DNA of 64,000 nt. Origin: Methanothrix sp. (GTDB lineage: Archaea > Halobacteriota > Methanosarcinia > Methanotrichales > Methanotrichaceae). Positions 20,234 to 29,965 of the stretch are shown piece by piece. A program made the position numbers and the translations under genes. The DNA lies in the NCBI GenBank assembly GCA_037128175.1, contig JBAXWY010000002.1, positions 32,001 to 96,000 of the forward strand, written 5' to 3'. The notes under the pieces are model-generated. The model was not told where the DNA came from, ran no database searches, and was given only the letters and a program-made list of their open reading frames with translations. Position 1 is the stretch's first letter. Each line of letters starts with the position of its first letter.

Positions 20234-21589
20234 TTATTTCGAAGGGATTGGACCGCAATAGTTGCTGGGTACACTGATAATCACGAAGTTTTTCATTAAT
20301 TGCTCGATTTCCCGCAAATCCTTTTCCAAAGCATTTGAATAATCCATTTCCAAAATTCTTCCTCTAATGGCTTTGGCCAGGTTTGAGCTTAGTATGCACT
20401 TTTCTGGAAGATATTTTTCTGTTAGCGGATATTCTCTCCGGAAATATTCGCTTGGAAATTTTCTTTTTAAAAGTATTGTATCTGAGTTATATTCAATACT
20501 GTAAATCGGATTAATGGTCAGGTTCCTTTTATTAATCAAAATATCACTCCATAAATTTCGATAGATCCTTAAGACCGATGGATCCCTGCTACCTACGATG
20601 GTCAGCGCCATGGAGGAGTTCAGATCAATTGCTGAATATTTCTTATCCAAATCGAGCTTATCCCTCAATATAAAGTCCTCTACAACTGATTTTTCTGATA
20701 GCACCTTGACAGGCAGCCGTTGAAATAAGCGAGCCCAGCCCAAAGGAGGTAATAGATGCCCGTAAGCAAAGTCGCGATACAGGGCGCTGTGTTCGTGAAG
20801 GAGGAGAAGAAGGCCTTGTGGCGAAATCACCCGCTCCATCTCTCTGGCCAGAGATGCCCGAGATTGGATATAGTGAAAGGCATCAAGCATGAGAAGGGAG
20901 CTAAAAATACCATCTCTAAATGGCAAGGGATAATTTGCATCAATACATAAAAATGTAGCATCTCTCACAATATAATTCTTGGCTAAAAACAGATTACGGA
21001 AACTATAATCGGCGCAAAATAGCTGCCTTGGTTTAATATATGTCGATAGAATATATGAGGAATGACCTGCCCCGCAAGACAGGTCCAGAATCCTTCCACA
21101 GGACGCCTCCAGCATCTGAATAAAAGGATATAATGACCACAGAGATTCAGCAGAGAAACGATCCTTTAGATAATTATCAAAATTCCCTTTGCCTAGAAAA
21201 TCGCAAAATGGCCGGACTATGCCCGTTGAATACTTTCTGTGGCAAATTTTCGCATCTAATTTTTCGAATTGCCAAACGAAAGTTTCGAATATTCTTCCAC
21301 CGAGGCCCATAAACCCAGCGATTTTTGAAATATTATGAGTAACATTATTAAAATTTGTTAATGCTAATCCGATCGCTTCCTTTGATCTTCTTTTCCGGAT
21401 AAGTTGTACTAGACGATCCTTTAGTGGGGAAGATGATAGTACTAATATACCATCCAGGATAGGATACTTACTGCATTCACAAGCTATTTGTCCCTCTATT
21501 AGCTCGTCCTTTTCTATATAAATTTCCTCTGGATAAAGATTGGAATCACAATAAGGACATTTCATCAGCTTAAGAATCTCCTGCTTCAT
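20234..21589 (-). CDS. Class I SAM methyltransferase with N-terminal Trm112-like zinc module
   Basis: LMKCPYC...CECSKYPILDGI; ILDLSCGAG, LPFRDG, RVISPQG. Confidence 0.78.
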   Translation of the reverse strand: MKQEILKLMKCPYCDSNLYPEEIYIEKDELIEGQIACECSKYPILDGILVLSSSPLKDRLVQLIRKRRSKEAIGLALTNFNNVTHNISKIAGFMGLGGRIFETFVWQFEKLDAKICHRKYSTGIVRPFCDFLGKGNFDNYLKDRFSAESLWSLYPFIQMLEASCGRILDLSCGAGHSSYILSTYIKPRQLFCADYSFRNLFLAKNYIVRDATFLCIDANYPLPFRDGIFSSLLMLDAFHYIQSRASLAREMERVISPQGLLLLLHEHSALYRDFAYGHLLPPLGWARLFQRLPVKVLSEKSVVEDFILRDKLDLDKKYSAIDLNSSMALTIVGSRDPSVLRIYRNLWSDILINKRNLTINPIYSIEYNSDTILLKRKFPSEYFRREYPLTEKYLPEKCILSSNLAKAIRGRILEMDYSNALEKDLREIEQLMKNFVIISVPSNYCGPIPSK

Positions 21590-21825
21590 GACGCCATCCC
21601 CTTAATTTTTTCAAATTAATTTTACAGATTATGGTTCTTTTATAGCCCTGAAGGCCTTATTATTTTTAAACATATGCCTCAATGCTCTCGTTATATACAT
21701 AATACACATATCTAATAGTCTATTTTCCCTACCCTCACCGAAAGACCTAATTACCTTCGTCGCGAAATAACATGCATCCGGCGCTGCAAATCGCGGCGCA
21801 AAATCGAGTGAGGGAGCGATTGGTT

Positions 21826-22554
21826 GTGGCATTACAAAGCAGCAAAAATTCCCGATCCAAGTCGGGCGTACCTGGATATGATGAACTGGTCGATGGCGGT
21901 TTTCACAAAGGAACAGTCAACACCATCACCGGATCTTCCGGTACGGGCAAGACCGTCTTTGCCGGCCAGTTCATAAATTACGGCATCAAGATGGGTGAGA
22001 AGGGAATGATCATCACCCCTTCCGAGAGCGCAGAGTACCTGAAGCGAGAGATGATGTCCTCCTTCGGCTGGGACTTCTCCAACCTGGAAAAGGAGGGAAA
22101 ACTCGCCATTGTCGATGTCACCGACCCAGTTTTGCGCCTGCAAAAGAGCATCGATGTCGATCCGGTGGATTTTCTCATAAACTTTCGTAAGCTGGTAGAA
22201 AGAAAGCTGGAGGAGGCCAAGCCCGACCGGCTCTTCATCGACGACCTGACTGCTTTCTTCATGGCCGTAGAGAAGCCCTTTAAAATTCGGTCCCTGACCG
22301 ATGACCTCTTCGGCACCATTCGTGCCAGCGGCGTGACGTCGGTGGTCACCATTGGCACGGCTTTTGGAACCAACCAGTTCCTGGAGTACGGAGCGGACTC
22401 AGCCACCGTGCTCAACCGTGAGCGCATCGGCAACACTCTCATCAGGTCGATATATATCATGAAGATGCGCGGCTCGAAGATCGCCAATAGCATCAGGGTC
22501 CTGGACATATCAGATGAGGGAATCTCCGTGTCCTCGCTCTCGCCCTATCCCTAA
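21826..22554 (+). CDS. KaiC/RAD55-like single-domain ATPase
   Basis: SGVPGYDELVDGGF, GSSGTGKT, LFIDD, YIMKMRGS; start approximate (TTG 21820 or GTG 21826). Confidence 0.88.
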   Translation: MALQSSKNSRSKSGVPGYDELVDGGFHKGTVNTITGSSGTGKTVFAGQFINYGIKMGEKGMIITPSESAEYLKREMMSSFGWDFSNLEKEGKLAIVDVTDPVLRLQKSIDVDPVDFLINFRKLVERKLEEAKPDRLFIDDLTAFFMAVEKPFKIRSLTDDLFGTIRASGVTSVVTIGTAFGTNQFLEYGADSATVLNRERIGNTLIRSIYIMKMRGSKIANSIRVLDISDEGISVSSLSPYP

Positions 22555-22582
22555 AGGACCATGAAAACAGAGGGAGCATAAA

Positions 22583-24367
22583 ATGATCGAAAGATGGATC
22601 GTCCTGGCTGCAGAGGAAGCAGGTCCCGTCTCAAATAAGATGGGCGGTATCTGGAATGTGGTGGATGCAGAGGCAGTGACGCTAGCGGGGCTGGTGGCAC
22701 GAGGTGATATTGAAAGCGGCCTGCACATCCTGGTAGCTGGTCCCAACTATCCTACTTCCGGCGGAGACTGGAACACAGGTAGAAACCGGGTCACAGATCT
22801 CACGGGATTCGAGAAGATGAAGAATGGGCCAGAGCTCGAGGGCGTTCTGGCGACACTGAATGCTTCCGGCATTGAGACCGTTACCGGGCAAAGAAATGTA
22901 GAAGGCGTTCCCATCAGCTATGTGCTCTTCAATACCAATTATTATCAGTCCCACATGGTGCGCTGGAATAATCAGGAGATGACCCAGAATAACGCCATCA
23001 AGACGGAGGCCTTTGATCTGGTGGGCCTGGATTCCATGAACTTCGAGAGAGCTCACTATGGCTCTGAGTACAACCACTACCTCAATCTTTCCTATGCCGT
23101 ATCCGAGCTGGTGCGAGGCCTGACGCGCGCCCCGGAAGAGATGGCGCAAAAGTATACCGACCGGGCAGTCTCGGATTTTGCCAAGTCGGTAATGCCCAAA
23201 GTGAGAGTTGCAATGCACTGCCATGAGTTTGGTGTCTTCTATGCGGCAGCCAGGCTGAAGAAGCTGGGCGTTCCTGTTAGATCGGTCTGCACATTGCACG
23301 CCACGGTTCCTGGTCGCACGGCGGGCTATAAATCTCTGCAAAAGGTAGCCCAAGGCGACTCAAACATGGAGCCAGGCACGCCTTCAGGCTTTGCCACATT
23401 GGAGGCTCTGGCCCGCTATGCCGATGCCGTTACATTCGTGGGTGATTCGACCATGAAAGAGGCCATGCTTTTTTACCGCATGAAAGGCATTGTCATCAGG
23501 AATGGAATTGATGTGGCGGCGCAGGAGATCGACTGGGATAAAAAAGAGCGCTGCCGGACCCGGATCCAGCAGTTTCTGACCGACAATCTCTACAAATACT
23601 GCGACGGCAAGTGCGTAAAATCCGAGAATATAATTCCGGTCTTCACCATCTCCCGCATAGAGATCGAGAATAAAGGATATCTTCAGCTCCTTGATGCCCT
23701 GGTGCTTCAGGATCACCTGCTCAAGCATAGATTAGCCAGTCAGCGTCATGCCGAGGAGACAAGGGTGGTATGCTTCCTGATAGCCGCGCACGGTCCTAAA
23801 GACAAGGAGAAGCTTCCGGAGGGATTTCCCATCAACCTCACGCCGGAGGTTCTGGTGGGCGACGAGATCCGCCTGGAGAATATGATCAAGGAGCATGGCC
23901 TGGATGAATCGGAACTGATATCAGGCAGACGAATGGTGGCGGCACTGCTCTATCCTCAGTGGGTGGGACCCGACGACGGCGGCCTGGGAATGAGCGCGGA
24001 TGAGATCATGGCCGGCTGTGTCGCCGGCATATTTCCGTCCCAATATGAGCCCTTCCTTCTCACCGCCCTGGAAGCGGGCCGGGAAGGCACCCCCAACATC
24101 GTCAGCCGGGCGGCAGGATACAGCGATGCTCTAAAGAAGATCAAACGCCGCGTGCCGGGCATGGGGGGCGTGGTGATAGTGGACAACATTGAGGCTCAGC
24201 CCCAGGAGACCGTCCTGGATTATGCCCTGGCCCTGGACTACTTCACCTGGACCTATCTGGATGATGAGGTCAAATACCGGCTGCTCTGCGAAGAGTCCTT
24301 CTCCTTGGCCAGACAGTTTAGCTGGAATGAGCCGGTACTGGAGTATTACAAGAATCTGGTAGCTTAG
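22583..24367 (+). CDS. GT3-type glycogen synthase-like protein
   Basis: NKMGGIWNV, HCHEF, TLHATVPGR, SRIEIENKG and GIFPSQYEPF parallel GT3 motifs. Confidence 0.75.
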   Translation: MIERWIVLAAEEAGPVSNKMGGIWNVVDAEAVTLAGLVARGDIESGLHILVAGPNYPTSGGDWNTGRNRVTDLTGFEKMKNGPELEGVLATLNASGIETVTGQRNVEGVPISYVLFNTNYYQSHMVRWNNQEMTQNNAIKTEAFDLVGLDSMNFERAHYGSEYNHYLNLSYAVSELVRGLTRAPEEMAQKYTDRAVSDFAKSVMPKVRVAMHCHEFGVFYAAARLKKLGVPVRSVCTLHATVPGRTAGYKSLQKVAQGDSNMEPGTPSGFATLEALARYADAVTFVGDSTMKEAMLFYRMKGIVIRNGIDVAAQEIDWDKKERCRTRIQQFLTDNLYKYCDGKCVKSENIIPVFTISRIEIENKGYLQLLDALVLQDHLLKHRLASQRHAEETRVVCFLIAAHGPKDKEKLPEGFPINLTPEVLVGDEIRLENMIKEHGLDESELISGRRMVAALLYPQWVGPDDGGLGMSADEIMAGCVAGIFPSQYEPFLLTALEAGREGTPNIVSRAAGYSDALKKIKRRVPGMGGVVIVDNIEAQPQETVLDYALALDYFTWTYLDDEVKYRLLCEESFSLARQFSWNEPVLEYYKNLVA

Positions 24368-24385
24368 CCGGGATGTGAGAAAACA

Positions 24386-25594
24386 ATGAGAATTGCCTAC
24401 TTGAGTATCGAGTTTCCGCCCAGGATCTTCGGCGGCCTTGGTGTGTACGTGGATGAAATATCCAGAGAAATGGTCTCCCTGGGTGAGAGAATCTCGGTCT
24501 TTACATTGGGGGACAACAAACTGGAGAGGCACCAGGATATGAATGGTGTGGAGGTGTTCAGGGAGGTTACCGTCCCGATCAGGGATGGTCTGGAGATATT
24601 TCTATCCCCGGAGACCCTTTCCTGGGGGGAAGGCCTTTACTTCCTTTTGGACCTTTTCAGCCTAAACCAATTAGCTGCGGCGAGACTCATGGAGAATGGG
24701 CCATTCCATCTCTGTGTGGCCCACGACTGGCTCGGCCTCCTGGGAGCTATGGCCGTTAAGAGGGAAGGTATTCCCATGATTTTCCATGTGCATGGCCTGG
24801 AGGTCGGTCGAACGGACAATCCCAATCCCCAGCTCGTGGCTCTGGAAAAGAAAGGCGCGAAAGTAGCGGATCTGATCATTACCGTTTCAGAGGCCATGAA
24901 GCAGGAGCTGGTCAGCCTGGGAGTTGAGGCAAAGAAGGTTCGCGTATGCTACCACGGCGTGGACGGCGCGTTTTTCGATCCCGGTCGGGCTGATCCCAAA
25001 CGGCTAGCGGCCCTCCGAAAAAGATACGGTTATGCAGAGGATGATGTAGTCGTGCTCTTCATGGGCCGGCTGGAGAGTGTCAAAGGGATTGTACAGCTCT
25101 TTTCTGCCATTCCCATCGTCCAGGCAAAGCATCCCAAATTGAAGCTGTTGGTAGTGGGCAAGGGCAGCCTGGAGAGCTGGGCTCTTTCCGAGGCGAAACG
25201 ACTGGGCGGCATCACTCTGGTCACAGACTTTCTGGATGCCGAGGATAAGATGCACCACTATGCTCTGGCGGATTTGTGCGTATTTCCCAGCATCTATGAG
25301 CCCTTTGGCATAGTTGCTCTCGAGGCGGGGGCCATGGGCAAGGCGGCTGTGGTGGGCGCCGCCGGCACATCCGGTTTGGCAGAGATTGTGAAAAACCCGA
25401 GCGATGAGCGACCTACGGGCGTTCATGTCAATGCTCGCGATTCCCAAGATATCGCCTGGGGCATCAATCTCGCCCTGGAGGACCTGGATAGACTCAAATC
25501 CTGGGGAAAGAACGCCAGGATCCGGGTACTGGAAGAGTTCACCTGGCAGAAAGCCGCAAAGAGGACCCTTGAGATTTATAAGGAAGTGGCTTAA
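24386..25594 (+). CDS. GT4 glycosyltransferase (glycogen-synthase-like)
   Basis: EFPPRIFGGLG, AHDW, FPSIYEPFGIVALEA. Confidence 0.88.
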   Translation: MRIAYLSIEFPPRIFGGLGVYVDEISREMVSLGERISVFTLGDNKLERHQDMNGVEVFREVTVPIRDGLEIFLSPETLSWGEGLYFLLDLFSLNQLAAARLMENGPFHLCVAHDWLGLLGAMAVKREGIPMIFHVHGLEVGRTDNPNPQLVALEKKGAKVADLIITVSEAMKQELVSLGVEAKKVRVCYHGVDGAFFDPGRADPKRLAALRKRYGYAEDDVVVLFMGRLESVKGIVQLFSAIPIVQAKHPKLKLLVVGKGSLESWALSEAKRLGGITLVTDFLDAEDKMHHYALADLCVFPSIYEPFGIVALEAGAMGKAAVVGAAGTSGLAEIVKNPSDERPTGVHVNARDSQDIAWGINLALEDLDRLKSWGKNARIRVLEEFTWQKAAKRTLEIYKEVA

Positions 25595-25622
25595 CGAGAG
25601 AGGATAAGAGGGAACGCAGACG

Positions 25623-26606
25623 ATGACGGAGTTAAGAAGACATTACTTTCTGGATGAATACTGCATCATCGCCGCCGAGCGCAAGAAAAGGCCGTCTGAT
25701 TTCCAGGTGGCAAAGACGGCCCCTGGAAACGAAACCGCATGCCCTTTTTGTCCGGGAAACGAGGAGATGACTCCACCTGCAGTTGCAGTTTACACTGAGC
25801 AAGGTGTATCATCCGATGGCCAGGAGAGGATTTCCGGTTGGGAGATGCGTGTCTTTCCCAATGTTTTCGCAGCCATGGTCCCATGCCCTGCGCCCGCCAC
25901 GACAGAATGGATGGCTCTGCCTGGGCAGGGCTTTCACGAGGTGATTGTAGACAGTCCCCAGCACGGTGAAAATCCGGCTGACTATGCAGAGGAGCACATG
26001 GAAATGCTCATCCAGGTCTACCGGGATCGCTATGTCCATTACTGTAGCAACAGCCTTGTGAAATATGTATCCATCTTCAAGAATTGGGGCAGGGAGGCGG
26101 GAGCATCATTATCGCACAGCCATTCTCAACTCGTCACTCTTCCCATTCTTCCGCCTCTGATTAAAAGAGAACTGGATGCCATCAGCCATGCCTCGCGTTG
26201 TCCGTTCTGCAATATCGTAGCGGAGGAGAAGGAGTCATGCCGGCTCATCGAGGAGAACGAGAACTGGATTCTCATTGCACCCTTCTATTCTCAGGCACCC
26301 TATGAGACCTGGATTTTGCCGAAGAGGCATTTTGCCAACCTCGGAGAGATGCATGAAGATGAAGGCAAGAGCCTGGCGGCCTTGTTAAAAAGGGCCCTGG
26401 GGAGCATGCGATCCGTCTTGAACGATCCGTCCTATAACTGCATGATCTTCCAGCTTCCTTTCGGCTACCACATCAACATCAGAATTCAGCCGGCCATTTC
26501 CAAAATCGCGGGATTTGAGAGGGGCACAGGAATGTACATCAACTCCATTGCCCCAGAGCAGGCCGCCGAGGATTTTAGGCATAAGCTAAAAGCGGCGAAA
26601 AGTTAA
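25623..26606 (+). CDS. galT: GalT-family sugar-1-phosphate nucleotidyltransferase
   Basis: ERKKRP, CPFCPGNE, HEVIV, GASLSHSHSQ, AGFE. Confidence 0.88.
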   Translation: MTELRRHYFLDEYCIIAAERKKRPSDFQVAKTAPGNETACPFCPGNEEMTPPAVAVYTEQGVSSDGQERISGWEMRVFPNVFAAMVPCPAPATTEWMALPGQGFHEVIVDSPQHGENPADYAEEHMEMLIQVYRDRYVHYCSNSLVKYVSIFKNWGREAGASLSHSHSQLVTLPILPPLIKRELDAISHASRCPFCNIVAEEKESCRLIEENENWILIAPFYSQAPYETWILPKRHFANLGEMHEDEGKSLAALLKRALGSMRSVLNDPSYNCMIFQLPFGYHINIRIQPAISKIAGFERGTGMYINSIAPEQAAEDFRHKLKAAKS

Positions 26607-26731
26607 TCAATTATCCGGCTATAGAGAATGAGAATTTGATTATTTCATTCCTAACGTATTTCATAAAGCGTATCGTACCGATAAAAGATCAATAACCATT
26701 AGCTGCAAGGCAAGACAATACTGGTGAATAG

Positions 26732-27895
26732 ATGCGAATTGCAATGCTCTCCTGGGAGAGCTTATACTCAATAAAGGTCGGTGGGGTGGCCCCCCACGTC
26801 TCAGAGATCTCGGAAGCGCTGGCTAGAAGGGGTCATGAAGTACATATCTTTACGCGGCGAGGCGATTTTGAGTCCTACGACAAGATCAATGGCGTCCATT
26901 ACCAGAGGGCCGATGTAGACGGCTCTGGAGATGTCCTGACTCAGATGAACCGCATGTGTGATGCACTTTACGATCGTTTCGGGGCAGTGCAAAATCTCTT
27001 TGGCAAATTCGATATATTGCATGGCCATGATTGGCATCCGGTGCCCGCTTTAACCCGTATAAAGGAGTACTTTGGCTTGCCCTTCCTTCTGACCATGCAC
27101 AGCTCGGAATGGGGCAGGAATGGAAACCACTTCGGTCACGGTATCTCTCAGGAGGTCTCCCATCGAGAGTGGCTGGGCTGCTATGATGCCGCCAAGGTGA
27201 TTGTGACCACCAGGCGCATGCAAGACGAGTTGATGTGGATATACAGCCTGCCTGAAGACAAGATCAGCATTATACCAAACGGCATCATTATGGGAAAGAT
27301 GAGAAAGGGGCTGGACGCCGGCCGGGTCAAGGAGAAGTACGCCATTCATCCCCTGGCTCCAATGGTGCTCTTCTGCGGCAGGATGAGCATCCAGAAGGGA
27401 CCGGACCTGTTGGTAGAGGCTGTGCCTCGTATCTTGAGAAACCGATCCGATGCTCGTTTTGTCTTCATGGGGGAGGGTGACATGAGGCAGGACTGCGAGA
27501 GGAGAGCTCGCGAGCTTGGCGTAGCGGATGCCTGCCGGTTCCTGGGATACACCTCCAGCGCCGAGAAAGAGGAGCTGGTCAATGCCTGCGACCTCATGTG
27601 CGTTCCCAGCAGAAACGAGCCTTTCGGCGTTGTGGTACTGGAAGCCTGGGATGCCTGCAAACCGGTAGTGGCGACGGAGGCGGTGAGCATAATTAACAAC
27701 TTCGAGGACGGCCTCCTGGCCTACATTCAGCCGGAGTCCATCGCCTGGTGCATAAACCGGCTGCTGGCCAATCCCGAGGAGATGATGAAGCTGGCAAGGG
27801 CAGGATGCAGCCGGATCGATGCCGAGTTTAGCTGGGATCGCATCGCCAAGAGGACGGAAGACGTTTATGAATTGGCAAGAAAACACGGCAGCTAG
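26732..27895 (+). CDS. GT4 glycosyltransferase (glycogen-associated)
   Basis: SWES...VGGVAPHV, HGHDW, QKGPD, PSRNEPFGVVVLEAW. Confidence 0.9.
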   Translation: MRIAMLSWESLYSIKVGGVAPHVSEISEALARRGHEVHIFTRRGDFESYDKINGVHYQRADVDGSGDVLTQMNRMCDALYDRFGAVQNLFGKFDILHGHDWHPVPALTRIKEYFGLPFLLTMHSSEWGRNGNHFGHGISQEVSHREWLGCYDAAKVIVTTRRMQDELMWIYSLPEDKISIIPNGIIMGKMRKGLDAGRVKEKYAIHPLAPMVLFCGRMSIQKGPDLLVEAVPRILRNRSDARFVFMGEGDMRQDCERRARELGVADACRFLGYTSSAEKEELVNACDLMCVPSRNEPFGVVVLEAWDACKPVVATEAVSIINNFEDGLLAYIQPESIAWCINRLLANPEEMMKLARAGCSRIDAEFSWDRIAKRTEDVYELARKHGS

Positions 27896-28006
27896 ATATC
27901 CTTTTTCTCTTTTTTTGTGCAATTGCCGGAAAGGCCCAGGTCGCCGGATCTTGGGAAATCTAACCGAAAGGTTCTTGAAGGGTGAGTAGCACAAAGGGCT
28001 CTTGGC

Positions 28007-28080
28007 GCCTCGATAGCTTAGCCCGGTATAGCGCGTCCTTGGTAAGGACGAGGTCGCGGGTTCGAATCCCGTCCGAGGCT
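28007..28080 (+). tRNA. tRNA-Thr(GGT)
   Basis: CGTCC-TTGGTAA-GGACG anticodon arm, GGTTCGAATCC; A7/C66 mismatch. Confidence 0.92.
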
Positions 28081-28129
28081 TAATTTTCTTTTTATGCCGC
28101 CGTCTTTGTGCAAGTTGTATGACATTTTC

Positions 28130-29965
28130 TCAATTGCACATCTCCCAGGCCCTCAGCACCTCTGCCACCGACCAAGCCTGAGAGATGCATCCGCCCGGAC
28201 GCTGGGGGCAGTCGCCGTCAAAGACCTCGGGGATTGTGTCAATCCCGCCGGCATGCATGTTTATCAAGGGCCTGAGAAGCTCTCTGGCCTTTGCCAGGAC
28301 CGGCCCGGATCTGCCGTTCACAGAGAGCAGTGCATCAATGTACGGCCCCATGAGCCAGGGCCAGACGGTGCCCTGGTGATAGGCTCCATCTCTGCGATGA
28401 GGATCGCCCTCGTATCTGCCTCTATAGCGCGGATCGCGGGGTGAGAGTGTTCTTAGTCCGTAAGGCGTGAGCAATTCCCTTGTTACAACATCAAGAATGC
28501 TCGTTCTCATAACCAGAGGCAGCAGATCGGGAATTCCTGCCGCGATAATCTGGTTGGGACGGATGGATGCATCCTCATGGTCAATTACATCATAAAGGCA
28601 CCCGGTCTCACTATTCCAAAACCTCTGGTAGCTATGGCGTACCCTTTCGGCCAGCTCTGTAAACCCCGCATCTGATTTGTCTAAAGCCTCGCAAAGCTTC
28701 TGCATATCTCGCAAGGCAGAATACCAGAGGGCATTTATCTCGCAGCATTTTCCGGCTCGCGATGTCACCGGCCGGCCATCCAGACGAGCATCCATCCAGG
28801 TGAGCGCGGGCCCGGATATGATAAGACCATCTTCGCACCCTCCAAAGTCCTCTCCAGGCCGAGAATAGCGACGAAACACCTCTAGTAGCCTGGGCCAGAG
28901 CTGCCCGACAAACTCCCGGTCTTTAGAATATTCAAAATAGCGGCATACGGCCCGAACAAACCACAGGGATGCGTCCACGGTGTTGTAAGAGCCGGCCCCC
29001 AGATCGTTAGGCAAAACGCCATCGTTCATTGCTTTTGCGAAGGATTTCAAGACCTGCCTGGCATCCTCAAAGCGTCCTGTAGAGAGCAAGAGGCCAGGCA
29101 GAGAGATCATGGCGTCCCTACCCCAATCATCAAACCAGTGGTATCCGGCGATGAGGCTCATGCCTTGATCTCTTTTCACCAGGAAGGCGTCTGCGGCCTT
29201 TGCCAGATCCGGAATGGGGGCGGTTATCTTTTCCAGACGCTCCATTTCTTTTTTCTGCTCTGCCCGCCAGTCCGGCATGCCGGTCCTCCAGGTAGAGGCA
29301 GCAATGGCAAAGGCGGAGTCTCCCGATAGCTCGATCTCGAAATGGCCCGGCGTGAAGAGGTCCTCCTTCCAGGCTAAGCCCCGCAATCGTTCCTCTTCGT
29401 ACTCGAAGTTATGGTAAATCATCTCCTGCGGCACATAGGCAAGCCCGTCCGAGAATAGAGTGAGGCGGATGTCCGGGCGAAGACGTGATCGGAGAATCGT
29501 TCCCGCACCAAGAGGCTCCTGGCCCAGGGGCGGCAGAGGGGATGCAGCGTGAAAGCTCCTGCTGTGCACCAGGGGAACGATGGCAAACGTTCCCTGCCCA
29601 TTTTTAATTTTGTAGCTGATGATGGTGGTGTTCTCACCACGGATCATGAAAACGGTCTTCTCGATGCAGGTACTGCCCACTTGATAGCATAATCGAGGGA
29701 AGGGATCCGAACGAAACTCCTGCAGGTATTTGAATCCCTGGGGATGAATCACTCCAGGATATTGATGATTGGCCAGAGAAATGCCTGCGATCTCCTCGTC
29801 CAGGGAGCTGAGCAAAAGCCAGCGGTCCGCGGGAGGCTCCAGCGCCGCCACAAGAAGGCCGTGATAGGCCCGCGTGTTGCTGCCTACTATGGTGGCGGAG
29901 GCATAGCCGCCTAGATCGTTGGCCAGCAGCCACTCCCGGCCCGCGCCCTCAACATAACTAATCAT
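28130..29965 (-). CDS. Glycogen debranching enzyme (amylo-alpha-1,6-glucosidase)
   Basis: REWLLANDLGGY, IAGYHWFDDWGRD, LTWMDA, EINALWY, YHQGTVWPW, QAWSVAE. Confidence 0.93.
   Translation of the reverse strand: MISYVEGAGREWLLANDLGGYASATIVGSNTRAYHGLLVAALEPPADRWLLLSSLDEEIAGISLANHQYPGVIHPQGFKYLQEFRSDPFPRLCYQVGSTCIEKTVFMIRGENTTIISYKIKNGQGTFAIVPLVHSRSFHAASPLPPLGQEPLGAGTILRSRLRPDIRLTLFSDGLAYVPQEMIYHNFEYEEERLRGLAWKEDLFTPGHFEIELSGDSAFAIAASTWRTGMPDWRAEQKKEMERLEKITAPIPDLAKAADAFLVKRDQGMSLIAGYHWFDDWGRDAMISLPGLLLSTGRFEDARQVLKSFAKAMNDGVLPNDLGAGSYNTVDASLWFVRAVCRYFEYSKDREFVGQLWPRLLEVFRRYSRPGEDFGGCEDGLIISGPALTWMDARLDGRPVTSRAGKCCEINALWYSALRDMQKLCEALDKSDAGFTELAERVRHSYQRFWNSETGCLYDVIDHEDASIRPNQIIAAGIPDLLPLVMRTSILDVVTRELLTPYGLRTLSPRDPRYRGRYEGDPHRRDGAYHQGTVWPWLMGPYIDALLSVNGRSGPVLAKARELLRPLINMHAGGIDTIPEVFDGDCPQRPGGCISQAWSVAEVLRAWEMCN

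Larger units (their letters stand above)
10031..21589 (-). other. AT-richer surface polysaccharide biosynthesis/export island
   Basis: Ten co-oriented glycan-related genes, visibly more AT-rich than the flanks, starting just downstream of tRNA-Arg; no integrase seen. Confidence 0.75.

Noticed and set aside
21590-21825. att-like duplication of the tRNA-Arg 3' end at the island boundary
   Set aside because: No matching direct repeat seen; no integrase
21629-21832. 67-aa minus-strand ORF at the island edge
   Set aside because: No SD or motif; overlaps the divergent promoter region
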